DNA from: Tubiluchus corallicola
Taxonomy: Eukaryota; Animalia; Priapulida
Assembly: GCA_030141605.1 (NCBI GenBank)
Contig: JAQGDQ010000026.1
Location: 434,001 to 498,000, forward strand
Length of the DNA stretch: 64,000 nucleotides
Direction: 5' to 3'
Part shown: positions 26,650 to 40,079 of the stretch, in pieces
Numbering within the stretch: the first letter of the stretch is position 1
Layout of the letters: each line of letters starts with the position of its first letter
Made by a program: the position numbers and the translations under genes
Notes under the pieces: generated by a model
Told to the model about the DNA's origin: nothing
Database searches by the model: none
Seen by the model: only the letters and a program-made list of their open reading frames with translations

Positions 26650-29600
26650 TAACTCCCAAAAATGATTTTTGTTGCCATACATAAAATCTAGTATTTATTA
26701 TTGCATATACATTTGTCAGCGACATTCTCGGGAATAAAAGTTCATTTGCTACCCTCTGACAAATGCTATTTCCTATGATAAACTTACATTCTAATTTCTA
26801 AAAACTAAACTCTTAAAGGAAAAACTCTGTAGGCCCATTAAAAGCGATCAGGGAACCATTCTAACAAACTGAGATTAACCGTCCATGCAAACGTGTCGGT
26901 TTACATATCAGTTTTTTTTTCAGCAAAAAGCTAAAAGTGCTCCTTGCTGTTTCCACGTGTATTCGCGCCACAGTCTGGCATTCGTTGCACGATGTCATCT
27001 GTTACTGGCCTTGGATTAGTTCAGAAAGCTTTTCTACACAAGCTGACACGCAGGCTTCTGATTCATCGGCCAAGATATCTCATTTTCACTCGTCCGTCAT
27101 CAACTGTGAAAACTAGTGAGAAACAAGAGAAGCTGGTTGGCAAGTGGCCAATCGTGACTGTCTGTAACTATGGTTAACAGATGCTGATCTTGATATTGCG
27201 CAGCATTAGTGCATGCAGTTGGCACGTTATATGGCTCTGCAAAAGTTGTTAAATACGCACTTCAGTTTATGCAGTCTTCTGGATCTCGGTGACCTAACGA
27301 TCACACCATGTAAATTGCTATGCATTCTTGAGGAACGTCAAAGACGTTGAAAAGTGAACAATTTTTCAAGATATTTAAAATTGGAAGGAGATAAAGTATA
27401 GGCGGACTTTAAAGCAGGGACAATGGTTTTCTCTTAGTTCAATGTTTACATTAGGAGTAAACTAGCATGGATGTGGAAATTGTTACGGAAAAATAGACAT
27501 TTGCATCTGCATTTATCTATCGAAAAGTAATTACCGAAAAAAAACAATAATAATCCCAAGCAGTTTGTTGTTATGTTTTCATTGTTCACTTTGCTTAAGA
27601 GCTTATTGTCATACATGAATCGCCATATCTGACATCGTAACTAGCATAACGTAAAGCTCATTACGTTTCAAGCTTTCGCGTTCGAAAAGTCGTAATAGTT
27701 CATAAGATAAAATAAGATTTACATAAGAAAATTTGGCTGAGCAAACCTCGTGTACAAAAAGGTTTTGACTGGTGGTTTTAAATTTAAATTAAGAAAAGTA
27801 AGTACGCGTAAGGACACAAACATAAAAATTTCCAGACATACACAAAGAAAGAAATCTAAGATTACAATTGCAAAGGAACTTAAAATAAGCAAACAAAGCA
27901 AAAAGGCTTTACATGTGAAAAAGGCGAAATAAAAATACAAACAACTGAAAAAAATGTTATATAATGAACTACTAAAAACAGAAATAAATGCAACTTAAAG
28001 CAATTATAAAAGCAAGAACGGTAAGATTACAAGCAAATGAAAAAGATATCATATAGAACATGGCAAATATAAATCAAGTAACTAACCAATTTTCTTGTTT
28101 AGAAACGTTTTTAGAAACTTAAAGGCTGGATTTTCAATTTTCGATAATTCGGCAATGTCTACCAAATCTTGCTGAAAGGTAATGGGAAGGTTCTTTTTCA
28201 CGTCGCTTGTTTTCTACTTTCAGTTACAGATGATCGAGTAAGATAGTATGCGGTCAGTTCCGACGTGGTGAACGTCTCGCCTATGAATAATCTCCATAAA
28301 AGTTTTCAGACAATTTAGTGAAGTCGCTCACAAAAACCTCATTAACAATTTTTGCTGTAATAACAAAAATTTATTGTTTTCATGCAGATTTTTCCATTTC
28401 TGACGAAACGCTGGAGTTATAATTTAATTATTTTGACCTAACAACTTGTAATTGTCCCAATTTAATAAAGTATCATATAGTAGTTTGTGAAGGAAAACTT
28501 TTGCACTGAGAACCCTTTTGTTCTCAATAGTACTCAAAGCGAGACTTAATTTCCTAGCACAATGATGCAGGAATAATTGTTCACCTCAAAGTCATTTAAA
28601 GGAATCATTTAGGAGTTAAAATAAATTTTGAACGAACACAGTAAACATGACCCCTAAACAGGCTTAGAAAGTTCCACATCAGTGTATTTGCAAAATTCAG
28701 CCAACCATGGCGTCGAACTCACGACACAAACAGATCGTAGCCCCAGAACACCAAGCTAAAACTAACTATTCAATTAAAAGACAGCTCGGTGATTTGCAAG
28801 CACATTCTGTCATTTTTGTCGCCTGGCGTCGGCTTGAAAATCGTTTTATGCAAGTTCATGTATCTGGCACATAATATTTTGTCAATAAAACCTATAATAT
28901 TCCGCCGATAGTAAAAGAAGGATAACATTTGGAAACATGGTCCAACGCAGCAATTAACAGCCAACTGGAAAAATAAACATGGAGTAATGTTGATAACTAT
29001 TTTACTCCTTCAACAGTTCCAGCCCGTATCGAAATACACAAGTAAAGTCCATACGGCACTGGCTGCGAGAGTGGCAGATTGTGATGAATTGCCTAGCGCC
29101 AGTGATAGGCGCGTTTCATTTGAACATAAAGAAAAAACAAACAAAACAAAAAAGATAAACGTAGTACAAATTTGGAAAAAAGACACACACGCAAAATAAA
29201 CTCCAAATTTATAATCAACATTATTAAAACATGTTATTATTACTAATAGTATACGTTACATTCAATTTCTTCACTTTGGTAAAGATTCTCTTTGCGCGGC
29301 AAAGACTCGTGAAAAATTCGCGTGTCAACCAAAGACTGAAGTGACTTCACTGTCAGTCAAACGAGAAGCATGCATACAGTTTTAATACTGTCTGACAGTT
29401 TTTCAGTGCTTCAAGAGAAACGGGTATAAATGTATCAGTTATTTAATTAAAAAATATCTATGGATTATTAGATTATTAATGCATGTTTTTCCATGCTAAT
29501 AAGGAAAACCATGCTTGTATGATCGGCCTGGAAAAATAAATAATAGTTGGTAATTGGTTAAATTATAAATTTAACCACTTTGTTATTTATAAATAAAATA

Positions 29601-30684
29601 ATATTTATTATTTTTCATAATTTCAATACTGCTTTAAGTTATTGTGTATATTTTAAGTTGTACAACCACCAGTTTTCATTAAAATTCAAAATTTATGTTG
29701 TCAAATTATACAAACATACTTAGGCTATGATTTCAATCATAGGTTTATTTCTTTGGTTAAATGTTACGGATAACAACAAAGTTTCAATTGTTTGTCTTCA
29801 ACTGTTTCCACTTTTATTGCATTTTTGCTATTTATTTTGTTTATGTAAATTCTAATGATTCTAGTAGCGGTGATGAGATGACAGGAATGCAGTAAACACT
29901 TTTTTGCGAAGCAGTGGCGCCCCACGTTGGCCAGACCAGGAAACGAAAGAATCGAAGACTGGCGTTCTTTTGAACATCTAAGTACATCTTTTGCATCAAA
30001 CAGGATTTTTTATTTTTATGAACACAATAATAATACAGACGCTCTTCTTACCAAAATTAAAATACAGCTGCTAATAAATCCTACGCCATCCTGGTTGTAA
30101 AAGAAAAGAGGTTTTAAATTTTATCCTGTTGGTAAAAAATACTTGTAAACAAGGCGAATTGCCCATGTCTCGGTGCAGGAGGTAGAAATTAATCTGCCTT
30201 ACAATTTCTTTCACAGGCACGTGTTTTGCAAGTATGAAAACAGTAGAAAGGCAAAAACAGTAGAAGACCCGCGGCGATAAAAAAAGATGGATTTCATCTT
30301 GTAACATTGCCAACGAGGTCCGCGAAGCCACTGATACAGGAACGATTTCTCATTTGCATGGTTTTTGAAGACTCTGCAGATAGTCGTTAGCCTACATGAC
30401 ATTCTCCCCCTCAACGGACGAAAACTCCAACTTGCACTGGCTTGAAATGAAACTCTGAATGGCCAATTTTTTGTGTAAAAGTTTTTTGAAAGCATTACCT
30501 AAATTCTCGAAATTCAAGCAGGAAAATTACCAAAGCCATACAAAACGGCTTTGCACTGAAAATTCTTACTGACATCAGTGAGAGTTGAACCAATAGAGAA
30601 TTACGTTTTTGTTCATTTGTTTATGTTTTGTTATCAATTGGAAAGAAAAATGTAGTAAACATTTATTACTCAAGGGGAATACAG

Positions 30685-30827
<143 letters not shown>

Positions 30828-31889
30828 CTGCCTGAAATTTCGTGATGCTTAAACGAAACTTTTACCAATTTTTGAGTTGCCTGATTGCACAGATGTTATC
30901 GATTGTATGTATGTATGTATGTATAAAAAATATTTTTATTGCATTTAGATTTATTTTGTTTCATAAAATTAGTGAAAAGATTTTGAATGAATGGATGAAT
31001 GAACGAACACATGTTCCACAATGATCAGAGGTTATTGAGTTTTGAATCATTTAGTCAAATTTCGATGTTTCAAACAGCAACATCACCCCATTCTCAGGTT
31101 CACCTTTTTGCCTATATGTCTGTCTGTCCCGCCGTCTGTCTTTCCACCTATCTGTCAGTGGTATGGCAATCATTTTAGGATAATAACTGAGCTCTTCATC
31201 GTGCATTGCTAGACTGCGAAAGTTCAGCAACACTGAGGCTGGTCAGCAAATGGACTTCTGCGTAATTTCAACTGATAAACTACATCCAATTATTTCTTCA
31301 GTTAAAAAGAATGCATATACATCAAACTTTGCTCTAAGATATCCTTGCCAGTTGGGTGTCTACTATGATCTTTATAACTAGATAGGTACCGCATCCCGCC
31401 ACAGCCGTTTAACATTATAACTCGACGGCGAGTTTAGTTTAAATCCAAGAATGGCTACAGTTATAAACAACGAATCCATTTTAGAGCCTGCTCTTAATGT
31501 TAAATTTTGCACTCGTGGGTGTAAACCCACCACTTTGTCAGATGGAGAGAGTTTGCTCCTACGGTTGTCACTTACAAACTGTCGGGGCCTGCCTCCGACT
31601 AACACCTGTGCGTTCTGTTTCACATTTATACGTGTGAAGCTGAGCCTTTTTACAATAACGTTCAATGATTTTGTGTCAAGTTATATAAGATTAAATGCAA
31701 TTGATGCAAGAAGTTATAATTTACTAAATAAATAAAAATTCAGTAAGTTCTATAAACATAATACTGCTAAATAAAATATTTTGGTGATGCTTACGTGCTG
31801 CAGCTTTGAAACATGTAATCAGGTGAGCTTTTAGTATTAAATTCGCTATTAATTATTAACTAGCCAAACACCGCAAAAAGAATTTTGCA

Positions 31890-32280
31890 CATAAACTCAC
31901 AACAACTCACTCCACCCACACCATACCACACCCACTGCCACATTACTCACAATACAACACACCACACCACTCCACACCAACGAGAAACACCACTCACAAT
32001 ACCACCCACACCACAATACACCACCCACACCAGACCACACTACTCACAACACACCACAACCACCACACTACACCAATACCACCCGTACCATACCATTCCA
32101 CACCACACCACCCACACCACATCACCCACAACACACTACCCACATTACAGCACACCACTCACACCGTGCCAATCATAACACACTACACACACCACACCAT
32201 ACCAATTACACTATCTACATTCTACAACACACTCACCACACCCTACACCATACCACACCAAACCCATTACATCACACGGT
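31890..32280. repeat. Degenerate CA-rich (CACCA/CACAC) low-complexity tract
   Basis: Almost G-free C/A-rich tract with imperfect pentamer repeats. Confidence 0.85.
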
Positions 32281-33104
32281 GATCATGATGATGATGATGC
32301 CAACAATGATGACACCCACAACAACTACACCAACAGCAGCATAGCAAAATCATGCAAAGCGTTTGGCACAAAGTTGAAACTGTATGCTGTGGCAAATACT
32401 ATTAGACCTTTTTCACCAATGATCAATAATGCAAGAACATTCTACAAGGTTTTGCTTACTGATTTTCTGATAATAATAAACTAACTGGTATACCGTATAT
32501 ACGTGTGTACAAGTCGACCATAAAATATTAAGATCTTCCAGAGTAAGTGATGTCAACAATGGCCGAGTTATAAATCAATAGCCTACTGTGTTAGTGTGTA
32601 AGATACGTGCAAGTGCCTGGGCCGAGTATATTACACCTACCCGATATATATATATATATACATGCCACCGAAATAAATTATACAGACAAGCAAAACGTCC
32701 CCGCAAAAAAATTTGCGTATAAACCACTTATAATCAATAATGCGCGAACATCCTACTTAGTGTTCATTTATTTGCCTAATGCAGAGCTAGAAGCAGCTTT
32801 TACTGAATTAAATTTACAGGCAGAGTATAAGTGAATGACGTCACTGTAGCAGCGTAGCTTCTAGGCGAGAATCGCCCAAAACGGAACCAGTAACCAACTT
32901 TCGATGCTCCTCCTTATGGAGGTACCCTAAAACGTGATGCACATTGCGTTGTAGCCCTGCTGTTTCTCTTGCTAAAGAGCTATATATCGCCTTCCGAGAT
33001 CCCCACCAGGCGCCGCTAGAACGTTTTTTCTACAAGGCGTTTTTGTCAAATTTTCGAAAAAATCGAGTATTGGGTCCTCGGCCTGTCTGTCCCTCTCTTC
33101 TTTC

Positions 33105-33244
<140 letters not shown>

Positions 33245-34659
33245 CATCGGTCTTTTTTGCAATACTTCATACCCTGATGTACGCCTGTGTCTTCTAGCAG
33301 TTTTACGATTTGGTCTATATAAATACAGTGCTAACATTTCATCCACAAGCAACGACGCCATTTCTGAAAGTAGCGTGAAAGCTATGTAAAAACCGCTTTA
33401 TATTTGAACGACGAGCCGCACAGGACAACCGCGCGTTTTTCTTTTGCGGGAAATCGAACGGAAAACCGCCCTATGTATAAACGGGACATTACAGTATGCG
33501 ATCAAGTCAGTTTGTTTCAAGCTCTATATATTTTATCATGAAAGTCTACAGCAATCTTGGCACTATGGCTATTTATAGAATGCGCGTGCCCTAGCCCAAA
33601 TGTGATAATTTTGTTATAATGGTACATTTAATCGTACAGGAATGCATTTTATAAATAATTTTTGCAAAAATAATAAAACGCAGATTTATTCACTATTGTA
33701 ATAGTGTAATATTTACTGTAATAATAATAAATAATAAATAAATGACACTATATAAACAGGATTTCAACCATTCTGTCAGAAACAAAACAATATGCACCAA
33801 GGCTGAAAACTTTAGTGACTGCTGTTACCAATTTTCAAAAACATTTAAAAAAGCAATACGAAAATGAGCAATCATATTCAAACTATTATTTTAATAATGA
33901 GCAGGTCTCTTAGCAGAGACTGTGAGATTTAAACATATTAACTTCGTATTGTTAAGTACTAGACCAGGTGTTTAACTTGCAAGTTTCGTGAGTCTAGTCC
34001 TCTGCGTTTACGAGTTAATATGAAAATTTGACAACGACAACAACGCACGACAAGACTGAGGCGACCACATGAGCTCCACCTAATAAATGTATTAGCAGAT
34101 ATAACAGCAGCATTATGAGCGGTTTACACTGGCACACGAACAAAAAAAATTAACTATATGTTGTTATGTATCCAAAATGGATAGTGAAAGTGTCTTGGCT
34201 TCATAATGCGCATTAGTTTGTCGACTATTAGTGATTAAGGCAGTAATACACCAGCTGGGAGAGAATTTGAAAAGCAAAATATCGTAAAATGGTAATATAT
34301 GACTTCGTGCATATAATGTGTTGGGTTTATTCGTCAGTGATAGCTAGTGTGGGAGTAAAGAAGCATTTACAGCACAAGTAAATAGGATTGTAAAATTATA
34401 TTGAAGCAAAATTTGTCAACAGGTTTTTACCCACAAAAACTTTTTTATGTTATTTACCGAAACATTTAAAAAATTGTATGTGAGACTCGGGTGCTAAAAT
34501 AATTCGGGCAATAGTACGAGTGATTGGGCTAAAATAGAAAGAACAGGATAAGGGACAAAAATAATTTAGTTTTTATCATTTAAGTGATAAGCTAGTTAAA
34601 AAGTCCGCAGCAAAAGAATAATTATATATTTTTGAAAAGTATGAATCCATAAATAAACC

Positions 34660-34760
34660 AATGAATGAATGAATGAATGAACGGATGAATGAATGAATGA
34701 ATGAATGAATGTGTGATTGAACGAATGAATGAGAAAATGAACGAACAAACGAACGAACTA
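34660..34760. repeat. (ATGA)n/(ACGA)n tetranucleotide microsatellite
   Basis: Directly visible, imperfect. Confidence 0.9.
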
Positions 34761-35769
34761 AGAAAGGAATGAACAAAACCAAAATCATACTCAAAGTCAA
34801 ATACAAACAGTATTAATTAGGAGATGCACACTTTCATGTAATGAATTGTTAGATTAGATCGGTAAGACGGTGTATTATAATGCTTAGACCTTCATTATCT
34901 GTACACGCCAAACTTTCACCTAGGTAGACATTAAAAACTGACATCTACAGACTTCTTTTCATAACCTTTCTAAAATATTTTGACACTGTAATGTGGCTGG
35001 ATTTTGGTTGTCGACGGACTAACCATGAGCAAGCCAACGTCTGTGTGACGTTTATAGACACCGCGCCCACTGGGAACTAAATCTTTGAGAATACACTTTC
35101 TAGATACCAGTACCTGTAGGCTTTGTGTGGGGATGGCTACTTATATAAAAATTATAAAATTTTGTGGCAGATGTGAAAAAACGTACAGTGAAAGTGGCAG
35201 TACTGGTCGCATTGTTGGAGCTATAGTCACTAATCACTATCACTGCGTTGTACCATTGCACTTTGTCTTATTCTTTGTCTCTTAGAATTAATAGAGAATC
35301 TATTATAATCCCAATCTTTCGCGCACCCAGCACGGACGGCATAGTTTGAGAGGACTGGAAGAAATCAGAAATCAAGATCTTCCAGCATATCCTGCAGGTG
35401 TTTCACAAGCTGTTTTTGAATACCAATTATGGCAGTCAATGGACAATGGGGTCTCTTGGATCATTTTAGACCGACATTCACTGACATTCAGTTTGATCAG
35501 TCTGATCGGCTGTGCGAGACACACAAGGCTTTCACACCAGGCACTGAGGACATGACAAATTCTTCATTTGATTAGAAATACTTCCGTGTAAAAACTTTGT
35601 GAAAATCTGGTGCAGTTCCTCGCGATAACTGAAACTAAGTTAAACGATGGATTTCACGAGACACTCTGCCTGCTGTTCTAGACTATGTTCTGCGGGTCCG
35701 AAACGAGTATTGGGGCTGTATATGTGCATACATACAGTCTAAATAGATACATAAATAGACTGAATGGAA

Positions 35770-36430
35770 ATGATTGTAAATTAATTAGTGGAAGTGGGAG
35801 AATTGCAATATATCATTCTTTCATACAGTCAGACTTTAATTACTGTCCACTTGTCTGGCATTTTAGCAATCATGCAGCAACAAACAAAGTTCAAGAAATT
35901 CAAGAATTCAAGAAAGGGCACTGAGATTTATCTACATTAGCCTTAGAAACTTTTAATATTCTAAACAAAGAAGGACCTAGCTACTTACATGACCTTAAAG
36001 CAATTGAATAATCTAGGTACCACGAGTCAAATCTACTGAATACGATTTAACTCTTTCCGATATTCTGCTGTAGTTTTGTGGAATAAATTGTCAAATGTAT
36101 ACGAAATGCATCTAGCTACGCTATGTTTCAAAAGATGATAAACTTGTGGAAAGATGACAAATGCAAATGTACTGCATTTCGCACAAATTGATGTTTTATG
36201 TTTTTATTACAGTGTGCTTTTAAACTATAAGCTGTTTTGAAATGTGATTTTAACTCAATTAATTATACTCGTTTAAACAAACGTAGTTAATTTTAGTGTT
36301 TAGGTTAGCACTTTATATAATTATCATTTTAACGTATACTAAGGTTCAAAGTATTTTATTTTAGAAGTATAATTGTAAAGTCTTTTTACCACTTGAGCAC
36401 CATTTTATTTCAGTGTCAGTTTTGTTATAT
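35770..36430 (+). mobile_element. 5'-truncated LINE 3' fragment, apparently inserted in the endonuclease region of the larger LINE
   Basis: Encodes RIAIYHSFIQSDFNYCPLVWHF...NKVQEIQ, then RALRFIY, FRYSAVVLWNKL and WKDDKCKC, followed by an AT-rich UTR. This is a second, divergent copy of the C-terminal region seen at 38900-39390. Boundaries are approximate. Confidence 0.75.
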
Positions 36431-38041
36431 GAGTCAGCTTAATAACAGCTTTGATTTGATTTGACTAACCCTTAACAGTAGAAATACTGTTACATACCAC
36501 CAAGTAGTTAGCATAGATATGTTTCTAGAAAAGCTGCATGAAGTTGTTCGCAAATGTTTTATGAAATGTTCAAATGTTGTCGTCATTGCTGATCTAAATA
36601 TGAACATGGTTGATTGTGATACTGACTGTAGTACTGGAACTAGATTGAAAAGCTGTATGGATATACATGATTTTAGTAATCTTGTCAAAGAGGCAACATG
36701 CTTTGCTGGTACAGAACCTTCCCTTATTGATGCTATTATTGCTAACTGTTCAAGAAAGTTTGTTAAAATTGTCACTTGTAATACTGGTTTTAGTGACTAT
36801 CGGTACATGGTAGTAGGGGCACTCAAACAATTTGCTCCATGTATTAAGAATAGAGACATAACCTACAGAAGTTACAAAGACCTTGATGTAAATGTGCTTA
36901 AACAAGACATTGTCAGTTTATATACCATTCGATGTGTGTACGATTTTTGATTATGTTTACCATAGTTACTCGGCGCACAGTAAGCTACTGAATGAGGTTG
37001 AAACGAACGTATAACATTAAAAAAAAAAGAGTTAGAAAATATGAAGCTCCTTTTGTGGGTAGAGAGTACAAAAAATATGTTAGGAAAAAGGTAAACCTCT
37101 GATATGAATTTCGAAAGATAAAAGTAGTGCAAACTGGGAAAAATATAAAAAAATTAAGAAACCAATGTACAAAACGTAAACAGGATGCTATTGTGGAGTA
37201 TTTTGATAATAGGTGTCTGGAAAGGTCAAATGGTAGAAACTTCTGGAACACTGTACTACCCTCTCTCACGAATAACGGTAACAATAGTCGAAACATAATT
37301 ATACTGAAAGAAGAAGATGATATAATTATTGAACAAGGAAAAGTATGTGAGATTTTTAATGATCATTATGTAAATGTAGCTGTAACTATATGCGCCCTGA
37401 GTAGGACAAAGTTGAGTATAATGATCACGCCAGTGTCATTCGAATTAGAAATAATAGCGACAATATTAGCTGTTTTAATTCCAGGCTGGTTTCTGGCTGA
37501 AGAAGTTTGCAAAAAGGTTAATAGTCTCGAAATAAATAGATCAACTGGCCACGACCAGCTGCCAGCCAAAATCCTAAAAATTATTTCACCTGTCCACACA
37601 CCTCAAAAATTTAGTAAATAAGTCAACCAAGCTCTTTCAGTTTCCACAATAACTGTCTATAAGAAGAAAGATAATTTGGATAAACTAAAATTTAATTATA
37701 GGCCTGTAAGCATACTTCCCCATCTTTGAAAGCCTCATGGCAGATCAAATGATTGATTATTTTAACGATATTTTTGGTAATTTTTTTCAGCTTTTACAAA
37801 AACCTTTGACTGTCAGTCATTACTACCAAGAATAACAGAAGGCTGGAGGCAACAACTTGATGATAAAAATATAGTTGGTGCCTTTTTAACAGACTTGTCC
37901 AAAGCTTTCGATTGCCTACATAGGTCGCCTTTGGAAAAACCTAAAAAGCTATGGGCTATCAAAAAATGCTAAAAACTGCCCGAAAGTTACTTTACCTCGA
38001 GGAAACAAACAGTTAAACTTGGGCAAGTCTGCAGTGACTGG

Positions 38042-38462
38042 TAGGGATGAGCATCGAACGTACGATTTCGAACAATCGAATTCGATTCTGAGCAAGTTTT
38101 TTAGTTAGAATTCGATTTGAACCTAAAATTATAGACTCTAATAATTCAGCACTTCAGCCGCATAAGTTCTTTAACATTAAGACGATTGAAACAGCATGCA
38201 ATTAGCACAATTCAGGTGCAGTTTCTGTGTAAAATTTTTAACAAACTAATGGTGGTTCAGCTGCAGAACAAAATCAAGTAATGTGCATGATCTTTGTAAG
38301 ACCACTTTCCACAATTGATTCGAAAACTTGTTCGAAAATCTTTTAAACTCAATTCGAATTCGATTCAATTTCAAAATACTGAAATTCGGTTCGATTCGAA
38401 TTTGAAAGTCACAAATTCGATTCGATTCGAATTCGCTTTCTGGTAATGAATACTCACCCCTA
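38042..38462. mobile_element. hAT-type MITE inserted in the LINE RT domain
   Basis: TIRs TAGGGATGAGCATC and ATACTCACCCCTA; 8-bp TSD GTGACTGG (38034-38041) / GTGACTGA (38463-38470); many subterminal TTCGA motifs. Excision restores GQVCSDWNEILKGVP. Confidence 0.9.
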
Positions 38463-39559
38463 GTGACTGAAATGAAATATTGAAGGGGTACCCCATGCAT
38501 CAGTCCTCAGAACACTCCTCTTCAATATCTTCATAAATGACTTGTATTATTTCGTTAAACAATGTCATCTCTATGGATATGCTGATGATAATATTTAAGT
38601 AGCTCTGTTAAAAAACGTCGATGACTTGTAAAGTCCTTAGAATCTGATACAGATATATATGCATGCGTGTGCGAATTCTGAAAAGTTTCAGTCTGTTGTG
38701 CTTTGTGTAAAAAATCGTAATGATGTAAGTTTTAGTTGTGAAGATGTAAGATATTAAACCTGAAGCAAACGTAAAGCTGTTAGGTGTAAACATTGATTTT
38801 AAACTTACTTTTGACAGTTATATTGAAGAAATATGCAAAAAGGCTGCTATCCAAATAAATACATTGGAAAGGCTGGCAAAATTCCTTAATAAAGATAGTC
38901 ATCTGGTCATTTTTCGGTCTTTTAACTCTGCAAATTTTAACTATTGTAACCTTGTTTGGCATGCTTGCAATATGAAAAGTACCCAAAAACAGGAAAAAAA
39001 CTTCGGGAAAGAGCACTTCGATTCGTTTATAAAGATCATAATAGTAAATGTGAGCAGGTGTTGTCAAAAAACTAATCTACTAACATTCCATCTTGGCAAA
39101 CTTAGGTCTTTAGTAATTGAGGTATACAAATCATTCAATAATCTAAACCCTCCATATGTTCAAAAATTTTTTATTCCTATAAACGTAAACTATGAACTTC
39201 CTGACCAAAGTAAATTACGAGTTCCTATTGTCAATACTACTACCTATGGCATTAATTCTCTACAGTGCCAAAGAGCAGAGTTGTGGAATGGCTTGCCTAA
39301 AATGTCCAGGAGGCTACTAATCTAAGGTCATTTAAAAACTTAATTAAATCTTGCTATGGTGAAACCTGTAAATGTTTTCATTGTGCATAATTATGGTAAA
39401 TAATCATAGAGTTAAATAATAAGAGTTTTATAATTCTAAATAGTGTGTAAAGATTATTACTATTACGATTAGTACTTCTCTAGTCATTACATTTTTATTT
39501 CATTGTGTATTTTAAAGTTATTATGTTATCTGTTTTCAACATCAGTAATAAATAAAGTG

Positions 39560-39712
39560 TCTTATCTTATCTTATCTTGTCTTATCTTATCTTATCTTAC
39601 CTTATCTCATCTCATCTCATCTCATCTCATCTCATCTCATCTCATCTCATCGCATCTCATCTCATCTCATCCCATCCCATCCCATCCCATCTCATCTCAT
39701 CTCATCCCATCT
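39560..39712 (+). repeat. Pentanucleotide tail of the LINE: (TCTTA)n grading to (TCTCA)n and (TCCCA)n
   Basis: Directly visible, immediately after AATAAATAAA at the LINE 3' end. Confidence 0.93.
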
Positions 39713-40079
39713 TAACAAAAGGTTATGTTACCCCTGCATAGTTGTTGCAGTTGTGCGGCAATTTACTTAAACTTATTGCTATTACTGCTGCTATCATTAT
39801 TATCATTAATGTTATTATTTTTGCCATTGTGGTTAGCATCGTGATCATCACCATTTATGCCATTAAAAATACTGACACTGAGACCTGTGAATGCGAGTCA
39901 GGCATCGCTTATAAAGGCAATTATAGCAGATCGTTACGTTATGTATGCGTCGTAGCAAATAAGAAATTGCTGTGTATCAATTATTATGTCTATCACAAAT
40001 GGAAAGTACATGACAGCGCTTGTATTTCTGGAAAATAAAAATACAAAAATTAATTACACAGTTAGAATTTATAAATAAT

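Larger units (their letters stand above)
35610..39712 (+). mobile_element. Decayed non-LTR retrotransposon (CR1/L2-group LINE) with APE endonuclease and reverse transcriptase remnants
   Basis: Frameshifted motifs appear in the correct order. APE: FLAITETKLND (35616), VVIADLNMN, LVKEATCF....SLIDAII, GFSDY. Linker: ITYRSYK. RT: NYRPVSILP (37695), AFLTDLSKAFDC (37880), GVPHASVL.TLLFNIFINDL (38486), YADDN (38578). C-terminus: FNYCNLVWH, YGINSL...AELWNGLP, CKCFHCA*. Then AATAAA and a (TCTTA)n tail. Clade assignment is inference. Confidence 0.92.

Noticed and set aside
27719-27940. Lys-rich ORF resembling histone H1
   Set aside because: Explained by A-rich composition; no globular domain or splice context.
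34990-35600. 2A-like (NPGP) peptide or ORF1 ahead of the LINE endonuclease
   Set aside because: No D[VI]ExNPGP motif or recognisable ORF1 could be read in the frames examined; the region is too decayed.
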